IMG/VR virus record: IMGVR_UViG_3300034375_000774 | Coordinates: 1 to 52,397 of that record | Length of the DNA: 52,397 bases | Direction: 5' to 3' (one strand) | Source of the DNA: a virus | Lineage: Duplodnaviria > Caudoviricetes | In this document: in pieces, positions 25,775 to 34,998 of the stretch | How positions within the stretch are numbered: position 1 is the first letter of the stretch | Layout of the letters: every line of letters begins with the position of its first letter | Position numbers and translations under genes: made by a program | Notes under the pieces: model-generated | Databases searched by the model: none | Told to the model about the DNA's origin: nothing | Seen by the model: only the letters and a program-made list of their open reading frames with translations

Positions 25775-25786
25775 GGAGACACAACA

Positions 25787-26089
25787 ATGACTATAGCTAC
25801 ACTAGACGAGACAGACGAGGATACACGCTACCTGTGCGAAGTGATAGACGACAGCAAGTATTTGATTACGGCATGCAAGACTGAGCAGTCAGGCATACGT
25901 ATGCTTGCATTGCTTGAGACACTATTCAACTTTGCTTGGTTCGATCTATCTTCGGACCGTCCGAAGTTAAGACTTGATGAGTATGACTACGACAGGTTCC
26001 TTGAGTACAGACATGAACTCATACGTCCTGTACCTAACGTGCAACGCAAACCAAAACTTATTGTCATAGACGGAGGGCTTGACAAATGA
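25787..26089 (+). CDS. Hypothetical protein
   Basis: AAGGAG RBS; ends KPKLIVIDGG. Confidence 0.7.
   Translation: MTIATLDETDEDTRYLCEVIDDSKYLITACKTEQSGIRMLALLETLFNFAWFDLSSDRPKLRLDEYDYDRFLEYRHELIRPVPNVQRKPKLIVIDGGLDK
25947..25969. repeat. 23-bp palindrome, copy 7 (intragenic)
   Basis: TATCTTCGGACCGTCCGAAGTTA. Confidence 0.9.
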
Positions 26090-26107
26090 TTACTAAACAA
26101 CTAAACC
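26079..26107 (+). promoter_or_regulatory. Sigma70-like promoter
   Basis: TTGACA-N17-TAAACC. Confidence 0.5.
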
Positions 26108-26219
26108 TGAAGATACTTACTATGTGTGAGAAGATCTTGCCTGACACTCGTATGGCAAACAACAAAGAACTAAAGAACTTACTATCAGAAATTCGTACAG
26201 CACTAGAGGAGACAAAATA

Positions 26220-26444
26220 ATGTTTGTATGTTTCGCAACTAAATCACTTAACGATGGCACACGTGGCTTCCGCTTCAACTTCGCAGGCATCAAGGGCTTG
26301 ACCCGCAAGCGCCAGTCTATCAAACGCTTTGGCGTAACACGTGGTGCTTGTATGACTGCATACCACATCGGTAAGCGCAGCGTGTACATCGAACAGTCTG
26401 GCAACAAGCGTGGCTCACGTAAGGTGCGTCACTTTGCAGGCTAA
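26220..26444 (+). CDS. Small basic protein
   Basis: GAGGAG RBS; apparently has its own promoter and terminator. Confidence 0.75.
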   Translation: MFVCFATKSLNDGTRGFRFNFAGIKGLTRKRQSIKRFGVTRGACMTAYHIGKRSVYIEQSGNKRGSRKVRHFAG

Positions 26445-26454
26445 CACACACATT

Positions 26455-26484
26455 GGTGGGGCTACATGGCCCCGCCTTTACTTT
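26455..26484 (+). terminator. Rho-independent terminator
   Basis: GGTGGGGC-TACATG-GCCCCGCC followed by TTTACTTT. Confidence 0.75.
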
Positions 26485-26503
26485 ACATGAGGAGACAAAC
26501 AAT

Positions 26504-26806
26504 ATGTTACAAGACAAGACATACGAAGTTAAAACATGGAACCACAATGACGCTGTGATCTATGTCACAGAGACTAACTCTTACTTGAAGAGTGATCCTG
26601 ACGTAAAGGATGGCACAGGTAAGTGGGTCACAGAGACAGACGTTGTAGCTGTGATACCTGTGAACAATAATGAGGGTGTAGATGATGACTTCATCGTCAA
26701 GGTAAACGAAGCTGCAGCTAGCCTTGCTGCATTATATGAAGGGTCACCTGATGCTGAGATCAAGATCCATTACACAATCAACTCACACCCATATGTGAAC
26801 TTATAA
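26504..26806 (+). CDS. Hypothetical protein
   Basis: GAGGAG RBS then ATG 26504. Confidence 0.7.
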   Translation: MLQDKTYEVKTWNHNDAVIYVTETNSYLKSDPDVKDGTGKWVTETDVVAVIPVNNNEGVDDDFIVKVNEAAASLAALYEGSPDAEIKIHYTINSHPYVNL

Positions 26807-26819
26807 TAGGAGAACAACA

Positions 26820-27305
26820 ATGCCTAACTGGTGTATGAATACAATCACTGTCAGTGGAACCAAAGAGAAGATGGATGCTTTGGTTGCTGCTGCTCAAGAA
26901 GATAAACTACTAGAGTTCCTTAACCCTATCGGTGAGTGGGACTACAACACAGCACTCGAAGAGTGGGGTACTAAGTGGGAGATCAGTGACGCTACTGTCG
27001 ATGGGCCTGAAAAGATTGAAGGTGACTACTGGGCTTACCTAAGCTTTGATAGTGCGTGGGGTCCACCCATCGAAGCCTATAAAAATGGAATAGCTAATCA
27101 CGACATCAAAATATCTGCATCGTACTACGAGCCAGGTATGTGCTTCGTAGGTCTGTATGATTTAGAAGAGGACAGTTGCTACGAAGTAGACTTTACAGAT
27201 GATGACTGGTCTGATAATATACCTAGTGATCTAATCTCTGAGTGGAGTTTAGATGATGAGTATGAGAACTGGAAAGAGTATCAAGAGGAGTATGAAGATG
27301 CCTAG
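26820..27305 (+). CDS. YubB/DUF1281 ferredoxin-like domain protein
   Basis: MPNWC, WGTKWE, FDSAWGPP and YYEPG signature. Confidence 0.85.
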   Translation: MPNWCMNTITVSGTKEKMDALVAAAQEDKLLEFLNPIGEWDYNTALEEWGTKWEISDATVDGPEKIEGDYWAYLSFDSAWGPPIEAYKNGIANHDIKISASYYEPGMCFVGLYDLEEDSCYEVDFTDDDWSDNIPSDLISEWSLDDEYENWKEYQEEYEDA

Positions 27306-27480
27306 TTATAACGACGATCCAAGACTGTCACCCCTCAACGAGGAACGTAATCGTGTAGCACGTGCTATTGATGACTACGAATGGGAGGGTGACTTCGATG
27401 ACGCTGACTCTCTACGTCACGAGCTACGCCACCTTGACGCACTACGTGACAACGGAGATGTGTATGTTCCAAATTTTTAA
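27298..27480 (+). CDS. Small hypothetical protein
   Basis: GAGGAG RBS; MPSYNDDPRL...YVPNF. Confidence 0.65.
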   Translation: MPSYNDDPRLSPLNEERNRVARAIDDYEWEGDFDDADSLRHELRHLDALRDNGDVYVPNF

Positions 27481-27559
27481 AGACCTACTACTGTACTGCG
27501 CCATCGCACTGATGGCGTGGGTTACATTTGGTTTAGGCTTTGGAGTGTTTTAATTATGA

Positions 27560-27820
27560 GTGAGACTGGAGAAAAAGAAGATGATCCGACTGATGACGTT
27601 ACGCACTGGGTTGGTAACTTACCTGAGTCGAGTAATGACAGCGCTGAGCGTACTGATCAACGTACTACTGGGAGGCCAGAACAATCAGACGTTCAGCGCA
27701 AGAAACTACCAGTGGCAAAAGGAAAAGAAGCCTAACATTGTATACTTTATAGATCTTGCGCTGGGTCAGGGTCATTGTGTAGAGTGTTGGGCATACTGGA
27801 AAGTGAGGAGAAAATGGTGA
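27560..27820 (+). CDS. Hypothetical protein (start uncertain)
   Basis: LINVLLGG..NQTFSAR...HC motif. Confidence 0.6.
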   Translation: MRLEKKKMIRLMTLRTGLVTYLSRVMTALSVLINVLLGGQNNQTFSARNYQWQKEKKPNIVYFIDLALGQGHCVECWAYWKVRRKW

Positions 27821-28743
27821 AACGTAAACAGCTAGACCTCAAGGGTACTAACAAGCTGCGTGATGCAGTGGACGCTTACCTACACAGCCCTTCCTTTGCT
27901 GAGCTAACTGGTCCGACACAGAAACAGTACGAGACCCGACTAGCTGTAGTGTGTGACACAACAGTGCAGAAGGGTAAGATGTTAGGCAACATCAAGCTAC
28001 GTGACATCAGTGTCAAGCATGTGACCTACGCTTACGACACATGGGTAAATCAGAGAGGTCCACGTGCAGCTAACTACAACGCTTCGTGCCTGAGCATAGT
28101 ACTTAACCTGGCTCGTCGGCACGAGGCTCTCTTGTACAACCCTGTGTCCCTACTCAAACGTAAGACTGATAAGCCACGCAGTGTGAAGTGGACGACTGAT
28201 GATGTGCGTTTGTTCTTAGACACAGCGTACATACAATGGAAGTATCGTAGCATTGGTCTTATCGTGCACATGTCATACGAGTGGGGCCAACGTATAGGTG
28301 ACATGCGCCTACTTAAATGGGATGCTATAGACTTCGACCAAGAACGTGTAGACATTACACAGTCTAAGCGTGGGGCTGAGGTACACCTGCCTATTGACGA
28401 TGGGCTACTTGTTATGCTCAAGAAACAGAAGGAGGACTTCGGGTTTCAACCTTACGTAGCACCACACGTCAAACCTAAGAGTGGCAGCTACAACCCATAC
28501 TCTGAGACAGACATACATCACTACGTCAATCGTGTTAAGGATGAGGCAGGACTAGATCCTGACTTACAAGCACGTGACCTACGCCGCACAGCTATCACTG
28601 AGATGGTAGAGGCAGGCGTTGATCTTGTAGGCATCATGCAGGTGAGTGGACACCAGAACCCTGCCAGTGTTAAGCCTTACCTAGTCAACACACTCAGCGG
28701 TGCATCAGCTGCACTAGCTAAACGCAAAGGAATTACTGAATGA
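27814..28743 (+). CDS. Tyrosine integrase/recombinase
   Basis: GQRIGD (R), QSKR (K), RDLRRT (HxxR variant), SGH and PY (Y); GAGGAG RBS. Confidence 0.9.
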   Translation: MVKRKQLDLKGTNKLRDAVDAYLHSPSFAELTGPTQKQYETRLAVVCDTTVQKGKMLGNIKLRDISVKHVTYAYDTWVNQRGPRAANYNASCLSIVLNLARRHEALLYNPVSLLKRKTDKPRSVKWTTDDVRLFLDTAYIQWKYRSIGLIVHMSYEWGQRIGDMRLLKWDAIDFDQERVDITQSKRGAEVHLPIDDGLLVMLKKQKEDFGFQPYVAPHVKPKSGSYNPYSETDIHHYVNRVKDEAGLDPDLQARDLRRTAITEMVEAGVDLVGIMQVSGHQNPASVKPYLVNTLSGASAALAKRKGITE

Positions 28744-29531
28744 ATATCAGAGGCTTCCTAGATACACTTAACTTAAAGGATGGAGATTCGCTACGCACGA
28801 ACTGTCCTAGCTGCAAGTCACGTAACACATTCACTTGCTATAAGGATGGTGGTGACTACGTGTACAACTGCTTCAAGCTTAGCTGTTCACTCAAGGGTGC
28901 ATACGCTACAGACATGACAGTCGAAGAGCTTAAGCTTCGTATGGCTAAGCCTAGAAACACTAATGAAAACAAAGAGTTACAGCCCTTAGTTTATCCAGAA
29001 TATGTAGTGCAACCTACGTCTGATCACGTTCTGTTACATAAGTTCATTGATCAGTATGACTTACACAACGAGGGCTTGATGTATGACGTGAAGGACAGAC
29101 GTGCTGTGTTCCCTATACATTACAACGGTAGGCTACTGGATGCTGTGGGCCGTGCACTTGATGGTGCTATACCTAAATGGTATCGCTACTCAGGCCAGGC
29201 TGACTTCTTTACTAAGCGAGTGAACCCTGATGCAGATGTAGCTGTGGTAGTTGAGGATGTGATAAGTGCGATAAAAGTGTCACACTTTGTACCCAGCGCA
29301 GTAGGGTTTGCCATACTAGGTACATCACTTAATGTTACAATAATGAAACACTTAGGTGAGTTTCGTGAGGTAGTCATAGCGTTAGACAGGGATGCCACAC
29401 ACAAGACCTTGCAATACAAACGAGAGGTAGAGCTATGGACGGGCCTACCTACAAGAGCATTACTACTTGACGACGACATCAAGTATGGTGTACAAGATGA
29501 TATAATGAGACTTAAGGAGATGATACATTGA
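28740..29531 (+). CDS. DNA primase
   Basis: CPSC...NCF Zn finger; TOPRIM VVVED and ALDRD. Confidence 0.88.
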   Translation: MNIRGFLDTLNLKDGDSLRTNCPSCKSRNTFTCYKDGGDYVYNCFKLSCSLKGAYATDMTVEELKLRMAKPRNTNENKELQPLVYPEYVVQPTSDHVLLHKFIDQYDLHNEGLMYDVKDRRAVFPIHYNGRLLDAVGRALDGAIPKWYRYSGQADFFTKRVNPDADVAVVVEDVISAIKVSHFVPSAVGFAILGTSLNVTIMKHLGEFREVVIALDRDATHKTLQYKREVELWTGLPTRALLLDDDIKYGVQDDIMRLKEMIH

Positions 29532-30196
29532 TAGATGTAACTTACATTAACCACATGGGTGATGACTTATCTGTAGTTAATGCTGCACGTGTGTCGTTTG
29601 GTAAGAAGAGCGAACTTGTGGAAGGCACAGTAAAACAGGACGAACAAGGTGATTACCTTGAGATGGTTCTGTCTGATCGTGACACCAAGCTGATCCGTTA
29701 CCTAGCCAAACACAAACACATTAGCCCATTCGGTCATGCCTTTGCGTCCTTCCACGTCAAGGCTCCGATATTCGTCGCACGTCAGCTAGTGAAGCACAAG
29801 TTCCTACGTTGGAACGAGATAAGCAGACGCTATGTGGATGAAGACCCTGAGTTTTACTTTCCTCTTACGTGGAGAGGACGAAGTGCTGACAAGAAACAAG
29901 GTAGCGAGGGTGAGGTAAAGAGCAACTTCAACATCAACTATCACACTATGGCAGCATTGAAAGGATACCAACAAATGTTAGATGAAGGTGTAGCACCAGA
30001 GCAAGCACGTATGGTATTGCCACAGTCGATGATGACTGAGTGGTACTGGTCAGGTAGCTTGGATGCATTCGCTGACATGTGCAACCTACGCTGTAAGCCT
30101 GACACACAAGCAGAGACACGTGAGGTAGCAGATAAGATTAGTGCAGAGATGGCTAAGCTGTTTCCTGTATCGTGGGAGGCGTTATCAAATGAGTGA
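29528..30196 (+). CDS. thyX: FAD-dependent thymidylate synthase
   Basis: AARVS, HISPF, RQLVKHK...NEISRRY, EQARMVLP and TQAE motifs. Confidence 0.93.
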   Translation: MIDVTYINHMGDDLSVVNAARVSFGKKSELVEGTVKQDEQGDYLEMVLSDRDTKLIRYLAKHKHISPFGHAFASFHVKAPIFVARQLVKHKFLRWNEISRRYVDEDPEFYFPLTWRGRSADKKQGSEGEVKSNFNINYHTMAALKGYQQMLDEGVAPEQARMVLPQSMMTEWYWSGSLDAFADMCNLRCKPDTQAETREVADKISAEMAKLFPVSWEALSNE

Positions 30197-30425
30197 TGAC
30201 ATAGGAAAGATTGGTGTCGAAACTGTAGAGGAACACGAGGATGGTAGTGCAACTTATCAGTTTCACATGGATGCACATGCTCGTGGGTTACTGGCAGAGG
30301 AAGGGCTGAAGCTAGTACTCTACTGTGCCGCTGCTGGTTTAGACATACAGGTAGTGTATGACTTTATCCAAGATCATATTGAATATGAGAAAGAGGAATA
30401 CAAGTTTGGAGACTTAAATGAGTAA
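30189..30425 (+). CDS. Hypothetical protein
   Basis: GGGAGG RBS; EHEDGSAT motif. Confidence 0.7.
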   Translation: MSDDIGKIGVETVEEHEDGSATYQFHMDAHARGLLAEEGLKLVLYCAAAGLDIQVVYDFIQDHIEYEKEEYKFGDLNE

Positions 30426-30582
30426 GCTACCAGAAGGGCGCAAGCCACTACCTAATGAGTGGTTCATTGATAGAGCTAAGATTATTCAACCAGACAAACC
30501 AAAGAAAGAAAAGAAGTGTGTAGGCTGTGGTGGCCCAGCGCACAAAGATGACTGGTGCAGCTTCTGCTTGGAGGAGGAATAG
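30418..30582 (+). CDS. 54-aa Zn-finger protein (not in the ORF track)
   Basis: GGAG RBS; CVGC...WCSFC. Confidence 0.65.
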   Translation: MSKLPEGRKPLPNEWFIDRAKIIQPDKPKKEKKCVGCGGPAHKDDWCSFCLEEE

Positions 30583-30782
30583 TGGTAGATACACATTTCA
30601 TTTACGGTATGCTAGTCATGTATGGACTAGGTGCTATACTATTGCTGTACATTACAGATGCAGCAGAGGAAGACAGACCTAACGCACATATATGGTTGGC
30701 ACTTACGTGGCCTTTCATTACTGTGCTGACTGTGATTGAAGACCTAGTGTTAGGCGCAAGAGGAGACTATGACGATGAGTGA
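30582..30782 (+). CDS. Small two-TM protein
   Basis: GGAGGAGG RBS then GTG; two hydrophobic helices. Confidence 0.65.
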   Translation: MVDTHFIYGMLVMYGLGAILLLYITDAAEEDRPNAHIWLALTWPFITVLTVIEDLVLGARGDYDDE

Positions 30783-32004
30783 GACAGCGTTACTACGCAC
30801 TCTGTTAGACAAAGAGTTCTATGACAACCACAAGGGCATACGTTGTCCTGATGAGTTGTTCACTAAAGACATGCGTAAGATCAAGCAATCCCTAGATCAA
30901 GCAATGGAAGTGTACGACAAGTCAGTCACACCTGCTGAGCTAGAGTCATTGTTCTTTACAGCTAATCGTACTATGACTACAGCAAACAAGGAGACATACA
31001 AGCAGCTGTTCAAGAAGATTGAGAACGAGCAGCCTATGCATCAAGAGATAGCTACTGAGGTTATGTCTCGTTTGTTTCAACAACACGTAGGTGAGAAGGT
31101 AGCTAACCTTGGCTTCAAGTATGTCAACGGTGAAGAGAACAACCTTGAGTCATTACGTACTTTGCTTGATGACTACAAGGATAACTTCACACCTAACCTC
31201 AACATCAAGTTCGAGGACATTGAGCTAGACACTGTGCTTGAGGGTATCCAGATTGAGAGTCAGTGGAAGATGAACATACCTAGCCTGCGACAACGTGTCG
31301 AGGGCATCAGTGGTGGTCACTTAGTGATGGTGGGTGCACGTCCTAACACAGGTAAGACTACGTTCCACGCATCTCTTATCGCTGCGCCTGGGGGCTTTGC
31401 TCATCAGGGTGCTAAATGTCTTGTGCTTACTAACGAAGAGAAGTATGTACGTGTAGCTGCACGTTACGTACAGGCATCGTCAGGTATGACTATCAAGCAG
31501 ATCGTAGAGAACAAAGCTCTAGCGTTGAAGCGATACAACGAAGTCAAGAAGAACGTACAGATGAAGGACAGTACAGGCAAGGACATGAACTGGGTTGAGG
31601 CTGTAGTGAAGAGCTACCGTCCTGACATTGTAGTTCTGGACATGGGTGACAAGTTCGCCAATCGTACTGGTGATAAGTCAGACATCTACTTGAAGGATGC
31701 AGCTATCCACGCACGTAACATCGCTAAGCTGTACGATTGTGCAGTGATCTGGATGTCGCAGCTGAGTGCTGTAGCTGAGGGTGTAGTACAACCTGACATG
31801 TCAATGATGGAGGGCAGTAAGACAGGCAAGGCTGCTGAGGCTGATCTGATGGTACTGATCTCTAAGAACAGACAAGTTGAGGGTGTTGACTCAGATGAAG
31901 ACTTGACAAGGTACTTAACTATTGCTAAGAACAAGCTCGACGGTGGATGGCACGGACGCATTACGTGTGAACTAGACGGTGACATCGCACAGTACAGCGC
32001 ATAA
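30769..32004 (+). CDS. Replicative SF4 (DnaB-like) helicase
   Basis: GARPNTGKT, IVVLD, MSQL and IAKNK motifs. Confidence 0.92.
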   Translation: MTMSETALLRTLLDKEFYDNHKGIRCPDELFTKDMRKIKQSLDQAMEVYDKSVTPAELESLFFTANRTMTTANKETYKQLFKKIENEQPMHQEIATEVMSRLFQQHVGEKVANLGFKYVNGEENNLESLRTLLDDYKDNFTPNLNIKFEDIELDTVLEGIQIESQWKMNIPSLRQRVEGISGGHLVMVGARPNTGKTTFHASLIAAPGGFAHQGAKCLVLTNEEKYVRVAARYVQASSGMTIKQIVENKALALKRYNEVKKNVQMKDSTGKDMNWVEAVVKSYRPDIVVLDMGDKFANRTGDKSDIYLKDAAIHARNIAKLYDCAVIWMSQLSAVAEGVVQPDMSMMEGSKTGKAAEADLMVLISKNRQVEGVDSDEDLTRYLTIAKNKLDGGWHGRITCELDGDIAQYSA

Positions 32005-32018
32005 AGAGGAGAGCTAGA

Positions 32019-34067
32019 GTGAGGACAGTACTAGACGTAGAGAACAACTCTCTTGTACGAGAGGGTAAAAAGATAATGGACCCTTGGGAGCCAAGCAACC
32101 ATCTTGTGCAGGTAGGTACAATTAACGTGGATAACCCTGATGAGATGCACTTGCTTACGTTTGATCACCAAGAGAAGAAGGACACGACAGGAGGTGCTGC
32201 GTTCGTACTGCAAGCTGTACTGGACGAGACAACCTTGTTGATACTACACAACGCACGTCACGATATGCCGTGGCTATGGGAGTCAGGCTTCCGCTATGAT
32301 GGGCCAATCTATGACACAATGATCGGTGAGTATCTGCTACTGCGTGGCGTGAAGCGTAACATCAGCTTAGCTCACTGTGCAGAAGAGCGTCAGCTACCTT
32401 CACGTAAACTAGACGTACTCAAGGAGTACTACAAGAAAGGCTACAACACAGATGAGATACCACTGGCTGAACTACTAGAGTATCTTATTGGTGACTTATA
32501 CGTCACACGTGAGTTGTTCCTAGCACAAGAGCACGACTTCTCTCAGCCAGAGAGCCAATCAATGATACGTGTACGTGACATCAGCATGAAGGTGTGCATG
32601 ACATTGTGTCGCATGTATCAGCGTGGGTTCAAGGTAGACCGTGATGCACTTGAGGAAGTTCGTGTTGAGTTTGAGCAGGAGAAAGCAGAGCTAGAGACAC
32701 GCATCAACACAAAGGTACGTGAGCTTATGGGTGACACACCTATCAACATGTCATCACCAGAGCAGAAGTCTCAAGTTATCTACAGCATGAAGCCTAACGA
32801 TAAGAAGGAGTGGGCTGAGCTATTCGAGTATGTCAATACGGCTGACGAGTATCGCTCTACTGTCAACGCTAACACACAGCGTGTGATGAAGACTAAGGCT
32901 TACACATGCCCTACATGTAATGGCACAGGTAACACGTACAAGATCAAGAAAGATGGTACACGTTACGCTAAGCCTAACAAGTGCAAGGACTGTGAAGCAC
33001 GTGGCTACAAACTAGAAGAGACTAACCAAGTAGCAGGGCTTAAGTTCTTCCCGCCTAACAAAGAATGGGTCAGCGATGCAGGCTTCACTACATCTAAGTC
33101 TAACTTGGATCTGCTTATCGCTACAGCTAGATCAAAAGGTATGGATGAGGCTGAAGCATTCTTGTCTGACATTCGTAGGTTAAACGCTATCAAGAGCTAC
33201 TTGAATAACTTTGTGGGTGGTATCGACTTGTTCACTAAGCCTGATGGTTTCTTACATGTGGATCTATCACAGACTACTGCAGCTACAGGCCGCTTTAGTG
33301 GGCGTAACCCTAACATGCAGAACATGCCACGAGGTAACACATTCCCTATCAAGAAAGTATTTGTGTCACGCTTCGATGGTGGCTACGTAATGGAGGCAGA
33401 CTTTGCACAACTTGAGTTCCGCACGGCTGCGTTCCTTGCACAGGACAAGACAGCAATGGAAGAGATCGCTACAGGGTTCGACGTACACAGCTACACCGCC
33501 AAGGTTATCACTGATGCTGGTCAGCCAACGACACGCCAGGAAGCTAAGGAACACACCTTCGCACCCCTCTTTGGCGCAACTGGTTTCGGAAGACCCAAAG
33601 CTGTGGCTGCGTACTACGAACACTTCACACAGAAGTACACAGGTGTAGCCAAGTGGCACAAGAAGTTAGCCAAGGAAGCAGTCAACCTACTAAAGATTAC
33701 TAACGTAAGTGGTAGGCAGTATGCATTCCCTGACTGCCACCGCAGAGAGAATGGTAGCGTGAGTCACATGACTAACATCAAGAACTATCCAGTGCAGGGG
33801 TTTGCTACTGGCGATGTTGTACCTGTTGTATTGATGGAGATTGAGGAGAGGTTGAAGCCTTTGAAGTCTTGCCTAGTCAATACCGTACATGACTCAGCTG
33901 TTATAGATATTCACCCAGACGAGAAGGAGTATGTAATTGCAATGATAAATACACTCAACGATGATCTCAATCGTATCATCGAAGAAGCCTACGGAGTAGA
34001 GATGAATGTGCCTCTGTTATTAGAAGCAAAGATTGGTCCGAATTGGCTTGACACTAAGGACGTTTAG
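32019..34067 (+). CDS. DNA polymerase family A with DnaJ-type Zn-finger insertion
   Basis: Exo DVE, HNARHD; CPTCNGTG...CKDCEARG; TGRFS, ADFAQLE, RQEAKEHTFAPLFG, NYPVQG and VHDS. Confidence 0.95.
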   Translation: MRTVLDVENNSLVREGKKIMDPWEPSNHLVQVGTINVDNPDEMHLLTFDHQEKKDTTGGAAFVLQAVLDETTLLILHNARHDMPWLWESGFRYDGPIYDTMIGEYLLLRGVKRNISLAHCAEERQLPSRKLDVLKEYYKKGYNTDEIPLAELLEYLIGDLYVTRELFLAQEHDFSQPESQSMIRVRDISMKVCMTLCRMYQRGFKVDRDALEEVRVEFEQEKAELETRINTKVRELMGDTPINMSSPEQKSQVIYSMKPNDKKEWAELFEYVNTADEYRSTVNANTQRVMKTKAYTCPTCNGTGNTYKIKKDGTRYAKPNKCKDCEARGYKLEETNQVAGLKFFPPNKEWVSDAGFTTSKSNLDLLIATARSKGMDEAEAFLSDIRRLNAIKSYLNNFVGGIDLFTKPDGFLHVDLSQTTAATGRFSGRNPNMQNMPRGNTFPIKKVFVSRFDGGYVMEADFAQLEFRTAAFLAQDKTAMEEIATGFDVHSYTAKVITDAGQPTTRQEAKEHTFAPLFGATGFGRPKAVAAYYEHFTQKYTGVAKWHKKLAKEAVNLLKITNVSGRQYAFPDCHRRENGSVSHMTNIKNYPVQGFATGDVVPVVLMEIEERLKPLKSCLVNTVHDSAVIDIHPDEKEYVIAMINTLNDDLNRIIEEAYGVEMNVPLLLEAKIGPNWLDTKDV

Positions 34068-34078
34068 TGTTATAACTA
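34048..34078 (+). promoter_or_regulatory. Sigma70-like promoter
   Basis: TTGACA-N17-TATAAC-TA. Confidence 0.7.
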
Positions 34079-34116
34079 CGACTCTTTGAAACTGTGTAAA
34101 TGTGAAAGGATACACA

Positions 34117-34998
34117 ATGAGTAATACACAAATCGCTTTGGCAACTGATGGTAAGTCTATCGCAGAGATGATGGGCTTGGCTGAGAACTCAAGTGGTAAG
34201 CGTTCAATGCTGCCTCGCTTCAGTCAGATCCATAGTCCAATCAAAGGCCAGATCGAAGTCAACGGCAAGACAGTTAAAGTAGATGCTGTTCCTGCAGGTT
34301 CGTACAAACTAACCCAGTCAGACGACAAGGTAGTGTACGCTACAAACCCTAAGATCCGCATCTTCGCCCAGCGCCAGCAGTGGACACGGTGGGACTCTCA
34401 AGCTAACGAGATGATCAAGACTGTTCTAGTTAACAACTTGAATGGTGACTTGAAAGACAATGCAGGTGGGTTCAACGCAGGCCGCCCATCAGGTTACGTT
34501 GAAGACTTCAAGTCTCTACCTAAAGAGACACAGGAGTTAATGCGTAGCACTAAGCGCACTAAGGTAGTGTTTGGTACTGTCGTCATGCAAGGTGCTATGG
34601 ATGAGCAAGGTAATCCTATTGAGGATACAGCTTTGACTAGTCAAGAGATTCCATTTGTTATGGACGTTAAGAGCCGTGGCTCAATCAAGGCTATTGATGA
34701 TTCACTTAAGGCAATCTCTCGCAAGAACGCACTGCCTATCCAGTACCACATGACGATGGGTGCAGAGCTACACGAGATGCCTAACGGTAGTGAGTACGCT
34801 ACGTTCACTCTTGATCTAGCTGACAAGCATGAACTGGATGAGTCAGACAAAGATATCTTGGACAGCTTTATGGACTGGATCGCAGGCATGAATGGCTACA
34901 TCAATGACCTACACGAAGAGCGTAGTGGTGGTACTATGTCAGCTAAGGCTGAGGCTGTGATCAATGATATCGTAGACGTTGAGGTTGCAGCAGAATGA
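34117..34998 (+). CDS. Putative ssDNA-binding/annealing protein
   Basis: AAGGA RBS; follows the polymerase; acidic C-terminus; function inferred from synteny. Confidence 0.5.
   Translation: MSNTQIALATDGKSIAEMMGLAENSSGKRSMLPRFSQIHSPIKGQIEVNGKTVKVDAVPAGSYKLTQSDDKVVYATNPKIRIFAQRQQWTRWDSQANEMIKTVLVNNLNGDLKDNAGGFNAGRPSGYVEDFKSLPKETQELMRSTKRTKVVFGTVVMQGAMDEQGNPIEDTALTSQEIPFVMDVKSRGSIKAIDDSLKAISRKNALPIQYHMTMGAELHEMPNGSEYATFTLDLADKHELDESDKDILDSFMDWIAGMNGYINDLHEERSGGTMSAKAEAVINDIVDVEVAAE

Noticed and set aside
20354-25969. Palindromes as a CRISPR array
   Set aside because: Spacing is irregular (about 340-2400 bp), several copies are intragenic, and there is no cas operon. The Cas4-like gene is an ordinary phage exonuclease
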